DNA of 58,405 nucleotides, from assembly GCA_037133595.1 (NCBI GenBank), contig JBAXNV010000002.1, positions 1 through 58,405 on the forward strand. Reading direction: 5' to 3'. Shown here one piece after another: positions 10,097-19,834 of the stretch (its first letter is position 1; each line of letters begins with the position of its first letter). Source of the stretch: a bacterium (GTDB lineage: Bacteria > Patescibacteriota > Microgenomatia > UBA1400 > UBA12108). The notes under the pieces were generated by a model that ran no database searches, was not told the DNA's origin, and worked only from the letters and a program-made list of their open reading frames with translations. The position numbers and the translations under genes were made by a program.

Positions 10097-11062
10097 TTAC
10101 CTTATGTACTTGGCAATGTTACTCTCGTGCTCGGCATTGGTAGCTGCATAGTGAATATTACCTTGCTTGTCATGAAGGTAAAAATAGTAAGGTGATTGCT
10201 CTGGAGAAATAATTGCCGCTAAACTTACTAAGCCTGGATTACAGATTGGACTAGGCGGGATTCCCTGATTGAGATAAGTATTGAAGGCAGACTTTAGCTT
10301 GCGATCACCCAATAGTGGAATTGGCCACCACCCTCCTTTTTTACCAAGCATATATTGAATGGTGGCATCAACTTCGAGAGCCCATCCTTCCGCTAGGCGC
10401 TTCTTAAGAATACCAGCAACAATCGGCTTTTCGGTGTTTGTTAATGTTTCGCGCTCTAGAATAGAAGCCAATATTACTTCATCATAAGTAGGAGTACGAG
10501 ACAAAGTTGCAACTTTACTATCCCATGTGGAACGAAGTTTGGTGATAATTTCTTGTGCAGTTGTCTCCTTTCCAAAGGCATAAGTATCTGGAAATAAATA
10601 CCCTTCTTGCCCCTTGCTCGCCAAAATAAAATCACTGTATTTGATTGCCAGCTTACTCTCAACAGTTTCGCCAATTTGCTCTAGACGATACCCCTCAGGA
10701 ATTGTTAATATGTTGTCGGTTGCAATCCCTCGAGTAAGAGCGTTGCTTATTGAGCGTACAGACTGATTTTTGGCGAGTTGGTATTCTCCTGCCTGTAGCT
10801 TGTCTCCAACTTTTTCCAAGTAAACCGCTAGACGAAAGGCCAATGAACTTCGGATTAGGCCAGATTGTGTAAGGCCAGCGCCAACGTGGGCCACATTGTC
10901 ACCCCGATCAACAACGAATGTTACTAGATTCGCATTGGATGGATTGATTGGCGAAAGAAGATAATTGAGGTAAGACCAAAGTGCAAAACCCAAAATTACA
11001 AAAAGCACTACAGTTGTAGTTAAGGCAAATATCCCATGAGATCTAACACGTGAGTGAACCAT
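10097..11062 (-). CDS. mltG: Endolytic murein transglycosylase MltG (YceG family)
   Basis: N-terminal TM helix, then EGYLFPDTY, ASILERE, and YNTYLNQGIPPSPICNPG, which are signatures of YceG/MltG. Confidence 0.85.
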   Translation of the reverse strand: MVHSRVRSHGIFALTTTVVLFVILGFALWSYLNYLLSPINPSNANLVTFVVDRGDNVAHVGAGLTQSGLIRSSLAFRLAVYLEKVGDKLQAGEYQLAKNQSVRSISNALTRGIATDNILTIPEGYRLEQIGETVESKLAIKYSDFILASKGQEGYLFPDTYAFGKETTAQEIITKLRSTWDSKVATLSRTPTYDEVILASILERETLTNTEKPIVAGILKKRLAEGWALEVDATIQYMLGKKGGWWPIPLLGDRKLKSAFNTYLNQGIPPSPICNPGLVSLAAIISPEQSPYYFYLHDKQGNIHYAATNAEHESNIAKYIR

Positions 11063-11067
11063 AAGTA

Positions 11068-11268
11068 TTATATTTCAGAAAAAAGCGCGCGATGATAACT
11101 TTTTTTGATATTGTCATATATGAAAATTCGACCGCATTTACAAGTAACTTTGTCACTAGTTGCATCTTTTTTCTCGACTTTTCCTTTACCAAGTGGCATG
11201 CCACAAGCAACGCACTGCCCTCGTAGTAACAACCAAGACTGAATTGGGGCAATTATTGTTTTGAACAT
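11068..11268 (-). CDS. Small zinc-ribbon protein, function unknown
   Basis: 66 aa with a CxxC (CVAC) plus CxC (CKC) pair. An AAGGAG SD lies 6 nt upstream of the ATG. Confidence 0.5.
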   Translation of the reverse strand: MFKTIIAPIQSWLLLRGQCVACGMPLGKGKVEKKDATSDKVTCKCGRIFIYDNIKKSYHRALFSEI

Positions 11269-11290
11269 AAGACTCCTTTTATCCAGTGTA

Positions 11291-11689
11291 CTATATTTTG
11301 ACTAAGTTGGGATTGGCATCCAGATAATCTTCAAGAATAAGACAAGCGGCAAAAGCATGATCCTTGGCAAACTTGGCACGACTAGCGCCTGCTTCACGCA
11401 ACTTGATTACAGCTTCTTGAGAACTAAGAGTTTCAGGATGAGTAACAATTTGCGCTTGGAAGAGAGGTTTAAGAGCGGTAACATATGCCATAACTAATGT
11501 GGCAATCTCACCTTCTGGGATCCCCACTACTATGTAATCGGGGTGAAACTGATCAACAACTTTGGTAGTTGCAATAATTGCTTCACCCATACTATCCACG
11601 TGAGCTACGGAAAGAGGTGTGGCAAAAGGAGTTTCGGCAGTAGCAAACCCTAAGTTGCGTACCCCATAATCGACGCAAAGAATTTTCAT
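11291..11689 (-). CDS. ruvX: YqgF/RuvX putative pre-16S rRNA nuclease (Holliday junction resolvase-like)
   Basis: 132 aa with the N-terminus MKILCVDYGVRNLGFA typical of YqgF. It has an ATGA overlap with the sortase gene. Confidence 0.8.
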   Translation of the reverse strand: MKILCVDYGVRNLGFATAETPFATPLSVAHVDSMGEAIIATTKVVDQFHPDYIVVGIPEGEIATLVMAYVTALKPLFQAQIVTHPETLSSQEAVIKLREAGASRAKFAKDHAFAACLILEDYLDANPNLVKI

Positions 11690-12444
11690 AATAAAACTCC
11701 CTTAATAATTAGACGCCGTAAATATGTGCCGGGTGGTGTGCAGGTGATTAAAGTCAAATAACGATTATCGTAGCGTTGCGCAATTGGTGAAAGATCGTCT
11801 GGTTGAGCTTCATACATCTCCTCAATAACATAGCGAAAAGTGGCATTGCCGTCATTGAGGAATATTTCATCACCTTTTTTTAGCGTATGAAGAGTGGAAA
11901 ATATTGTAGTGTAATTGGTGGGATTAAAATATTGTGGAAGTACCGAATGACCAAAAATAACAGCATTACCAAGTTCCCCCGGAGCAGCTGTTCCCTGATA
12001 ATGAATTAACGATTGCCTGAGATCAGTATGATCGTTGCGAACACTGGCATTGTTTATTTTGAGCTTTGGAATTGTGAGACTATAGACAAGCGTTGTAGAG
12101 TCCACCTGTTGAACAGAGCGAGTAGGATACCAAAATTCACTATCTGTGTAATCTAGCTTGGTGCCAACAATTTCTGGTAAGACCACAGGCTCCGAAGCCT
12201 TGAATGTTGCAACTTCAAGAGGATTGGTTGGAGGTGCAATTGGAGATAACATCGATGAACTACGCTGTAACCCTGGGGCATAAATGAGCTGATAGGAAAT
12301 AAGAGGATAAATTACTGTTGTAAATGATGCGATACCTAGGGTAAGTAACATGACCGAAAGAAAAATGCGAAAATAATATATGGGATTTTCTGGTTTTTGG
12401 AGAGTAAATCCAGGAGGAGCTTTAATGTATGAATATAAGGTCAT
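11686..12444 (-). CDS. Sortase-family transpeptidase
   Basis: 252 aa with an N-terminal TM helix, a catalytic His (VIFGHSV), the TLITC Cys motif and a downstream Arg (YLRRL). Confidence 0.85.
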   Translation of the reverse strand: MTLYSYIKAPPGFTLQKPENPIYYFRIFLSVMLLTLGIASFTTVIYPLISYQLIYAPGLQRSSSMLSPIAPPTNPLEVATFKASEPVVLPEIVGTKLDYTDSEFWYPTRSVQQVDSTTLVYSLTIPKLKINNASVRNDHTDLRQSLIHYQGTAAPGELGNAVIFGHSVLPQYFNPTNYTTIFSTLHTLKKGDEIFLNDGNATFRYVIEEMYEAQPDDLSPIAQRYDNRYLTLITCTPPGTYLRRLIIKGVLL

Positions 12445-12462
12445 TATTGTTTCTCTTTGAAT

Positions 12463-14568
12463 TTATTGCGCTACAGCTAAATTGAGAATGATGTTCTCGG
12501 CTTTACGAGGAAGAGTTTTGAAACGAGGTGGGAGCCATGTGGGGGTAATTGTTACTTTGACCCCAACAAAACCCGGAACCACTCCTACCATTTGCTCTAT
12601 AGCTTTTTCATCTTTAATGCCTTGAAGTGTGGCAATAAGGCTACTTTTATTGAGTTGTGGAAGAGCTTTAGCGGTAGCTTTCACGTTGACTGACTTGGCG
12701 TCGCCTTCTCCAATTTCGACTACTGGCTCGCTAATTAGCTCAAACCCCGAGAGCTTTTGAACAAGTACCTGCCGACTTAGCCCTACAACATCTGATTGAG
12801 AAAGAGAATAACCTTGAACAGTGACTGTGAGTTTGGCTGTTAAAGTACTAGCGTCATCTCCTACCTTAGCCGAATATTCCTCAGAGGTAACTTCTACTGA
12901 GTTGGGTAAAATATATACAAGCCCTCCACCAGATTGAAGCTGACCTTTGGCGTCATTTTCTAACTTTGTTTTGAGCTCTTTTACCAGAGCAATTTTGTCT
13001 TTGGCGCTAACTGCACTTACGCTTTTGCTACTTCCTCCCTTTAGGGCTGATTCGTTTTTGCCAACAAAACTATCTTTGCTAAAATTCCCAATAACAAACT
13101 CGTTCCCAGATTGAATATTTCCAGTATCGCCGATATTATTGGCAGTAATCTTGGCTACTGCCTTGCCTGGAACATCAACATAGTCTGAACCCGCGGATTT
13201 ACTGGCAACATTTACATCTTCATCAAGAGTAAATTTGATAGAACCTGAAGTAAGCAAGGTTCCTTTGGTAAAAGTTTTTTTGAGAAGCGTGCGATTGTAG
13301 AGCGTTATCTCACCAGTACTTGAATCCCCTATTTGTTTTGTGCCAGATGTTTCAGCGCTTGCTTCTCCAGATACATTTGTACTAACCTTTTCTACCGGAA
13401 CTGTGAATGTAATTGGATCGATAGTAGTTGCTGCAGGATCTAGATTGAGAGTGAATTGTGTAGATTCTGTTTTCGGAGTCACTGAAATCGTAACTGTAGC
13501 GTGTGGAAAAAGCCAAAGACTGCCAGCTAGGAGGAAAAACACGAACGCAACAACAACAAAAGCTATTATGGCGCGAATTGGGATGTGACCTACGGAAAAT
13601 GGAAGGGATAATTTGGGGATGATAAGCTTGGGGATTGTGATGTGGGGCAGAGAAAATTTGCGGGGAACCACAACTGGTAATTCTTGTGGTTCATTGAGGA
13701 TTTCGCTTGGAGATTCATCTTCCGTAGTAAATCCAAGCGCCTCTAGATCGACTGCTGATGGAGTTGAGAGTGTAGGCTCCTCAACTGGTGTTTCGCGAAT
13801 TGTAAAACCAATAGACTTGGCAACTTCGCTACCACCTGCGACGCAAAGTGCTCGGATAACTACATCCTTGGAAAGAGATTCTATTTTGGGAATGTGAAGA
13901 AATGGAAATTTGGCAGTCCATTCAACGAGAGTAAGATTTTGAACTACATCTTCAAGATCATGCATGCCGTCAAAAACAATAAAGCGCGAGGGAAGTTGAG
14001 TTAACCCGCGCACACAATGCTTGATACCAGACTCAACGTCTTTGGCTACGTCATCTGTGCGAGGGACATTAGTAATTGCATGTGTTTTCCCAGAACCGAC
14101 CGCTGCTATTGTTAGCTCGGTGTCTGCAACTTGTATAAGGATTGCAGTGGTTGGCGTACCTTCCTGCATGCGCAGAAAGCGAATCAAGCTATCCATTATA
14201 ACAACAAAACCTAGCGGTTTAAGTTCTAATTCTGTATAAATTTTTTTGATAAAAACTTTTTTTTCTGTTTTGACAGCATCTCCATCTAACCAAGTTGTGG
14301 GGATTCCGAATATTACCTGAATGGGGGTGGAGGATAGATTTTCCGATGCTTTGGTAATCGTGGTATCAACCGCAGTAATTAACGCATCTAGGTTTCCCGT
14401 ATCACCATTCCATGGAATGGGAGTGCCAATGGTGACTACTTCGGTTACATCTTTTGCAACATGCCATACAGCGGCCTGTACTATGTCATCAGTAAGCTCA
14501 AGAGCCAAAAATTTCTCTGATTCTTCTTCTTTGTGACCAAGATTTCCTAACAGATTACTAAGCTCCAT
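12463..14568 (-). CDS. Actin-fold (FtsA/PilM-like) N-terminal domain fused to a TM helix and a large extracytoplasmic domain
   Basis: 701 aa. The first ~270 aa resemble FtsA/PilM-type ATPase-fold proteins (FLALELTDDIVQAAVW..., ILIQVADTELTIAAVGSG). One TM helix follows (IRAIIAFVVVAFVFFLLAGSLWLF), then about 330 aa of a T/S/V/G-rich, probably beta-rich domain. The family assignment is tentative. Confidence 0.55.
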   Translation of the reverse strand: MELSNLLGNLGHKEEESEKFLALELTDDIVQAAVWHVAKDVTEVVTIGTPIPWNGDTGNLDALITAVDTTITKASENLSSTPIQVIFGIPTTWLDGDAVKTEKKVFIKKIYTELELKPLGFVVIMDSLIRFLRMQEGTPTTAILIQVADTELTIAAVGSGKTHAITNVPRTDDVAKDVESGIKHCVRGLTQLPSRFIVFDGMHDLEDVVQNLTLVEWTAKFPFLHIPKIESLSKDVVIRALCVAGGSEVAKSIGFTIRETPVEEPTLSTPSAVDLEALGFTTEDESPSEILNEPQELPVVVPRKFSLPHITIPKLIIPKLSLPFSVGHIPIRAIIAFVVVAFVFFLLAGSLWLFPHATVTISVTPKTESTQFTLNLDPAATTIDPITFTVPVEKVSTNVSGEASAETSGTKQIGDSSTGEITLYNRTLLKKTFTKGTLLTSGSIKFTLDEDVNVASKSAGSDYVDVPGKAVAKITANNIGDTGNIQSGNEFVIGNFSKDSFVGKNESALKGGSSKSVSAVSAKDKIALVKELKTKLENDAKGQLQSGGGLVYILPNSVEVTSEEYSAKVGDDASTLTAKLTVTVQGYSLSQSDVVGLSRQVLVQKLSGFELISEPVVEIGEGDAKSVNVKATAKALPQLNKSSLIATLQGIKDEKAIEQMVGVVPGFVGVKVTITPTWLPPRFKTLPRKAENIILNLAVAQ

Positions 14569-14580
14569 AAGACAACTGTA

Positions 14581-16428
14581 TCATAGTGTCACCAACTTCG
14601 CGTAAATTCGCCTTTTCCCTGAGCCAAGCGACTCTTCTTTGAAGATTTTTATCCCACCAATCTCGCCCGTTGCATTCACGTGTGGTCCTCCACAGAGCTC
14701 TTTACTAAACCAATCTTTTTCTACGTTTCCTACTATGTATACACTCACCTCGTCCGGATATTTGTCGGCAAAAAAAGCCATTGCACCACTCTTAATTGCT
14801 TGAATCTTGTTTTCGATTTGTCGGGTAATCGGAAGGTTTTTCTTAATTGTATCGTTGATCATATTTTCTATTTCAATGAGTTGATCTGGAGTTGGCTTGC
14901 CAGAAAAAGTGTAATCAAAGCGAAGTCGCTCGGGAGTAATATTACTACCTGCTTGAGAAATCTCATTACCAAGGATTTTGCGCATGCTAGATTGCAACAA
15001 ATGAGTTGCTGTATGAAGCTTGGTAGTTACCTCCGACTGATCAGCGAGACCGCCCCTGAACATCCCAACACTTGCAGTGCGACTGTCATTACGGTGAGTT
15101 TGAAAAACTGCATCAAAGTCGGATTTACTTAGTGTTACGCCTTTTTGTTTGGCTAACTCTTCGGTAATCTCGAAGGGGAAACCACTACTCTGAAAAAGGT
15201 CAAAAGCAAACCTTGCATTGAGATCTTTTGCATCACACTTCTCTAGCTCCCTAAGCCCTTTATCGAGAGCTTTGCCAAATTTGGTTAGCTCTGTAGTTGC
15301 TACTTCTATTATTCGATCTGTTTGACCGGCTTTGAGAAACCCAGCAGAGACATATTCCTCTAGAATTCCTGGGATGCTTTGTTTAATGACTAATGCTGCA
15401 TCTACTCCAAGATGACGCGCCTTTACAGCAGCGCGACGGAGGAGGCGACGTAAAACATAACCCTGCATTTTGTTACTTGGTTCAAGCCCCTCACCCATCA
15501 TGAAGGTTGCTGCACGCAGGTGATCGGCAATAACTCGCATGGGAGCGAGATTATCGCCTTCGTATTTTTTGCCAGACGTCACTTCGATAATTCGAATTAT
15601 TGGAGCGAACATATCGATTTTGAAAATATCGGGGTCGTTGTTACTTGCGGCAACAATCCTTTCAAACCCTCCGCCAAAGTCGACATTTTGAGCAGGTAGT
15701 GGTTTGAAGGAATCATCTTCCTGTTTCTCGAACTGCATAAAAACGGAGTTACCGATCTCAAGAAATCTCCCACAATCACAGTTGAGGTGGCATAGATCAT
15801 CTTTCCACGTAGAATTCTCGTGAAACTTATGATCCTCTCCAAAGTCGTAAAACATCTCAGAGTCTGGTCCACCAATCTCACCAACTGGCATTTTAGTTGG
15901 ACCGCCTGCCCTACTCCACCAATTGCTACTGTAGGTATAAATTTTGATATTAGGATCAAATCCCAGTTTACCATCGCGAGCAGTAGTGGTGTTGCCAAAA
16001 ATATCCTGCCAAATTTTGATGGCATCCTCGTCTTCGGGAATCCCAGAATCACCGGCAAAAACTGTAACATAGAGCCGTGTGGGATCGAGTCCAACTTCCT
16101 CTGTCATAAACTCATAAAACCAAGGTAGTTGCTCTTTTTTGAAGTAATCTCCGAGGCTCCAATTACCTAACATCTCAAACATGCAGGTATGGCGATTGTC
16201 GCCAACCTCTTCTATGTCGTCAGTGCGAAAGCTAGGCTGACTATCGGTGAGGCGAGTTCCCTTGGGGTGAGTAGCTCCTTTTAGGTAAGGCACCATTTGT
16301 TGCATACCAGATCCCGTAAAGAGCGTTGTGGTGTCTTCAAGAGGCATAATTGAAGCTGCGGGAATGATCGCGTGACCGCGTTTTTTAAAAAATGCTAAAT
16401 ACTTACTTCTAATGTCAGAGCTTTTCAT
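14581..16428 (-). CDS. alaS: Alanine--tRNA ligase, short form lacking the C-Ala domain
   Basis: 615 aa with a class II AlaRS N-terminus (FTGSGMQQ, FEMLGNWSLGDYFK) and editing-domain motifs HTATHLL and CGGPHV. The ORF ends right after the editing domain. Confidence 0.92.
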   Translation of the reverse strand: MKSSDIRSKYLAFFKKRGHAIIPAASIMPLEDTTTLFTGSGMQQMVPYLKGATHPKGTRLTDSQPSFRTDDIEEVGDNRHTCMFEMLGNWSLGDYFKKEQLPWFYEFMTEEVGLDPTRLYVTVFAGDSGIPEDEDAIKIWQDIFGNTTTARDGKLGFDPNIKIYTYSSNWWSRAGGPTKMPVGEIGGPDSEMFYDFGEDHKFHENSTWKDDLCHLNCDCGRFLEIGNSVFMQFEKQEDDSFKPLPAQNVDFGGGFERIVAASNNDPDIFKIDMFAPIIRIIEVTSGKKYEGDNLAPMRVIADHLRAATFMMGEGLEPSNKMQGYVLRRLLRRAAVKARHLGVDAALVIKQSIPGILEEYVSAGFLKAGQTDRIIEVATTELTKFGKALDKGLRELEKCDAKDLNARFAFDLFQSSGFPFEITEELAKQKGVTLSKSDFDAVFQTHRNDSRTASVGMFRGGLADQSEVTTKLHTATHLLQSSMRKILGNEISQAGSNITPERLRFDYTFSGKPTPDQLIEIENMINDTIKKNLPITRQIENKIQAIKSGAMAFFADKYPDEVSVYIVGNVEKDWFSKELCGGPHVNATGEIGGIKIFKEESLGSGKRRIYAKLVTL

Positions 16429-16442
16429 GAGGAGATTATAAC

Positions 16443-16802
16443 TTATTTTTTGAGAGGAGATCCACCAGAAAAGAAAAGATGGCGTTTGACTGGCGGCTTG
16501 GCATTTGAAGTAGACTCGACAACCCTAGTTGCAACTTCGTTGACTTTTTCGCGTGCAACATCGAGTGCTTCGTTTTTTTCTACTTGAAATTCATTGACTT
16601 TGGATACAAGTAGTTTGACCGTATCATTGCCTTCTAAGTCTTGCAACTTGTCACCAAATTGAGAGGTAAGAGTCTTGAGTAGTGCTCGACCTTCGTCTGT
16701 AGTTAAAAAATATCCACCTGCCCCACCTATAACAAGACCAAGAAGAAACCCAGAGGAAAATCCTGATTGAGACTCTGGTTCGGTGACATTTATTGATTGC
16801 AT
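16443..16802 (-). CDS. YtxH-like membrane-associated protein
   Basis: 119 aa with a Gly-zipper TM (GFLLGLVIGGAGGYFL) followed by a helical region. Confidence 0.55.
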   Translation of the reverse strand: MQSINVTEPESQSGFSSGFLLGLVIGGAGGYFLTTDEGRALLKTLTSQFGDKLQDLEGNDTVKLLVSKVNEFQVEKNEALDVAREKVNEVATRVVESTSNAKPPVKRHLFFSGGSPLKK

Positions 16803-16804
16803 AA

Positions 16805-17080
16805 TTATGACTGTTTCTTGGAGGTTAATGCGCTAAAGGCTTTGGTGGCAACGCCCGCGAGCTCCAACCCACTTCTAACGCTCTCGACAAGGTGGCCAAC
16901 GGTAAGTGATGATCGAGTAAGATTACGACTCATATACTCAACATCACCCAGAATATTGTCAACTTTGCGTAAAGTTTCTTTGGAGTCTTTGAGAATAAAA
17001 ATAAGCTGAATACCAATGATTATAAAAATGATGGCAACAACGAGAATTACGATAAGAAGTACGAGTTGTGGTATATCCAT
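16805..17080 (-). CDS. DUF948-like small membrane protein
   Basis: 91 aa with an N-terminal TM helix and a coiled helical tail. TATTAT lies 6 nt upstream of the ATG. Confidence 0.5.
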   Translation of the reverse strand: MDIPQLVLLIVILVVAIIFIIIGIQLIFILKDSKETLRKVDNILGDVEYMSRNLTRSSLTVGHLVESVRSGLELAGVATKAFSALTSKKQS

Positions 17081-17097
17081 GGGTTAATAATACACGC

Positions 17098-17724
17098 TTA
17101 TTCAATAATTTGAAAAGTACGTTCAACAAGACGAAGTTTGTTGGCGCGACTCTCTGCCTGCAACAACACCGAGTGAGTGCCTGGGGGGAAAACTAAATCG
17201 AGATTGAAATTACCAGTTTGATCAATTAATACCTTTTGATTGTTAATAGTAATAGTTGCATCAAGATCTGTTTTGCCGCGAATTGAAACCTTACCAACAT
17301 ATACTTCACCGTTGATTGGCGAATACACCTCTAATTTGGGCAGACTAAGCCAAGAAAAGATTTGCCAGCCCAAAAAAGCCAAAAATGTCAAAATGCCAAC
17401 ACTAATAAGAATCAGATTGGCAGAAATTAGACGCGGCTTACGAGAGAGAGGCGTTAAAGTTCCCTTGGGAATGATTTGCCCTTTTTCGTTTTCATCAAAA
17501 TCTCGACGAAACATGGCTAAGATAGTATCGGGATTGAGATACAAAGCTCTTGCATAATTGCGTAAAAAACCTTTGGCGGCGGTATTTCCTGGCAGGACAC
17601 TATAATTATTACTTTCAACTGCTACTAGATATTCTGGTCTAACCTTGAGACGACGAGCAACATCATCAATAGTAAGCCCTTTTTCTAGGCGTTTGTCACA
17701 CAATAGCTGACCAGCTGTTTTCAT
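17098..17724 (-). CDS. RodZ-like HTH membrane protein
   Basis: XRE-type HTH (LTIDDVARRLKVRPEYLVAVE, GFLRNYARAL), one TM helix and a C-terminal beta domain. The ORF could start at 17748, but the ATG at 17724 forms an ATGA overlap with the ftsK stop. Confidence 0.7.
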   Translation of the reverse strand: MKTAGQLLCDKRLEKGLTIDDVARRLKVRPEYLVAVESNNYSVLPGNTAAKGFLRNYARALYLNPDTILAMFRRDFDENEKGQIIPKGTLTPLSRKPRLISANLILISVGILTFLAFLGWQIFSWLSLPKLEVYSPINGEVYVGKVSIRGKTDLDATITINNQKVLIDQTGNFNLDLVFPPGTHSVLLQAESRANKLRLVERTFQIIE

Positions 17725-19832
17725 GATTGATTTTGAGTTGATTTCCACTGATCGAGATTGGCTACAAGCACAGTTCTGGGTTTGACACCATCGGCAGGTC
17801 CAATAATGCCAGCAAGTTCTAGCTGATCCATAAGCTTTGCGGCGCGATTGTAGCCTACTGAGAGTCGACGTTGAAGATAACTTGTGGATGCCTTGCCAGC
17901 CGAAGTGACAATACTAACTGCATCTTCGAAAAGCTCATCATGCTCGCCACCACCCTCCTCGCCACCCTCGCTTGCCAAATATTTTTCAGTTACTTCTTGT
18001 TGATATTGAACTGGCTCACCAGCATTTTTCTTGAGGTAATCAATCAACGCTTTGATCTCATTATTGGTGACGTAAGTGCCTTGAATGCGAAGTGGCATGG
18101 GCCTGTCTGGTGGCACAAAAAGCATATCACCTTTGCCGAGAAGTTTTTCGGCTCCTGGCTGATCGATGATGACTCGAGAATCAATCATAGAAGTGACTTG
18201 GAAACTAAGGCGTGTTGGGATATTGGCTTTAATTAATCCGGTAATGACGTTCACTGAAGGGCGTTGGGTTGCCAAAACCAAGTGAATACCAATGGCGCGC
18301 GACATTTGTGCCAAGCGGGTAATTAGATCCTCTACTTTACTTGGAGCAAATAACATAATATCTGCAAGCTCATCGATCACAATAACTATATATTCCATGG
18401 ATGAAAATCCAGCAGCCTCGTTGTATTCTTCAATATTGCGAACTCCAACCTCAGCACACATTTTGTATCTTTTATCCATTTCTTTGGTTGCCCACTGAAG
18501 AGCTGAGACAACGCGTTCTGCGTCGGTGATTACTGGTGTAAGTAGATGAGGAATGCCATTGTACCCAGTAAGCTCAACGCGTTTGGGATCGATTAATATC
18601 AATTTGAGTTCGGCTGGAGAATTGCGGAAGAGAAGTGTAGAAATAATTGTATTGATGCAAACTGATTTTCCAGAACCGGTAGAACCAGCAACTAATACGT
18701 GAGGCATCTTTTTGATGTCGGCAACTGCACACCCACCTGATACACCAAGTCCAAGTCCGACAACAAGTTTGGACTTTTCCTTTTTCATTTCGGGTGATTG
18801 CAATATTTCGGCTAAGGTCACATATTCGGCAGAGCGGTTGGGGATTTCGATACCAACCAAATCTCGACCAGGAATTGGCGCTTCGATTCGAATCTGCCCA
18901 TTGGGAGCAGAAAGCGCTAGTGCTAGATCAGTTTGGAGCGCCTTGACTCTACTCAACTTTGTACCAGAGGCAATTTTGATTGCATATTGAGTAACGGCAG
19001 GACCACCATTAATCTCTGCAACCCTAGCTTTTATCCCAAATGATTCAAGTGTGCTCTCAATGATGTGAGCGTTTTCTTTGACATCGCCGCGATCAGCTTT
19101 GGAACCTTTAGTGGCGCTTAATAAGCTTAGAGGAGGATACTTCCAGACAGTTTCAGTATGACCAGTGTTAATCTGACTTTCAAAATCATTATCTTTGTTC
19201 CCAGAAGATTTTGGTGCAAGACTATCTTTGGCATCCGATGCTTGAGCCTCTTTATTGTTGGGGATATTAATTTTGGGTTTTTCAGAATTTAGATTGAAAA
19301 GAGGAATGGCCTGCTTTTCCTCTTTGCGTGATTGAAGCGCAGTGTGAGCAGCACCAAATGAACCAAACAGACCACTGACCCATACGACTAACTCAGGCAA
19401 AGAAGTATTGCTTAATACCATAAATCCAGCGAGAATAATGAGAATAAAAAGAATGCTAGACCCAACTGTGGTAAGGAGAATCGCCACACTAAGATACATT
19501 TCTCTGCCGAGAACGCCTCCCTGTGTAACCCCTAAAAAACCTAGGAATGTGAGGGTACCGCCTAGTAGCATTTCTGGCTTGGCTATTGTCCACTTTAGTC
19601 CAGTGAGCATCAAGCTAACTGTAAAACAAAGAAATGGAAGAAACATTGCTGCCCAACCTACTGCGATATCGAGACGATTTTTTAGAGAACCCAGGAAGAT
19701 CCCTTGCTTGGTAAAAGACAAAAGTATCACAACTCCAAGTAGAGCAAAAGAAAGTGAGGACAATGAATATAAAAGCTCACGTCTGAGCTTAAGTGCAAAT
19801 GGTTTCTTTCTTCTACCTCGCTTGGGTGACAT
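17721..19832 (-). CDS. ftsK: DNA translocase FtsK
   Basis: 703 aa with N-terminal TM helices, Walker A GSTGSGKS, Walker B VIVIDELAD and a C-terminal winged-helix gamma domain (SYLQRRLSVGYNRAAKLMDQLE). Confidence 0.93.
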   Translation of the reverse strand: MSPKRGRRKKPFALKLRRELLYSLSSLSFALLGVVILLSFTKQGIFLGSLKNRLDIAVGWAAMFLPFLCFTVSLMLTGLKWTIAKPEMLLGGTLTFLGFLGVTQGGVLGREMYLSVAILLTTVGSSILFILIILAGFMVLSNTSLPELVVWVSGLFGSFGAAHTALQSRKEEKQAIPLFNLNSEKPKINIPNNKEAQASDAKDSLAPKSSGNKDNDFESQINTGHTETVWKYPPLSLLSATKGSKADRGDVKENAHIIESTLESFGIKARVAEINGGPAVTQYAIKIASGTKLSRVKALQTDLALALSAPNGQIRIEAPIPGRDLVGIEIPNRSAEYVTLAEILQSPEMKKEKSKLVVGLGLGVSGGCAVADIKKMPHVLVAGSTGSGKSVCINTIISTLLFRNSPAELKLILIDPKRVELTGYNGIPHLLTPVITDAERVVSALQWATKEMDKRYKMCAEVGVRNIEEYNEAAGFSSMEYIVIVIDELADIMLFAPSKVEDLITRLAQMSRAIGIHLVLATQRPSVNVITGLIKANIPTRLSFQVTSMIDSRVIIDQPGAEKLLGKGDMLFVPPDRPMPLRIQGTYVTNNEIKALIDYLKKNAGEPVQYQQEVTEKYLASEGGEEGGGEHDELFEDAVSIVTSAGKASTSYLQRRLSVGYNRAAKLMDQLELAGIIGPADGVKPRTVLVANLDQWKSTQNQS

Positions 19833-19834
19833 AA

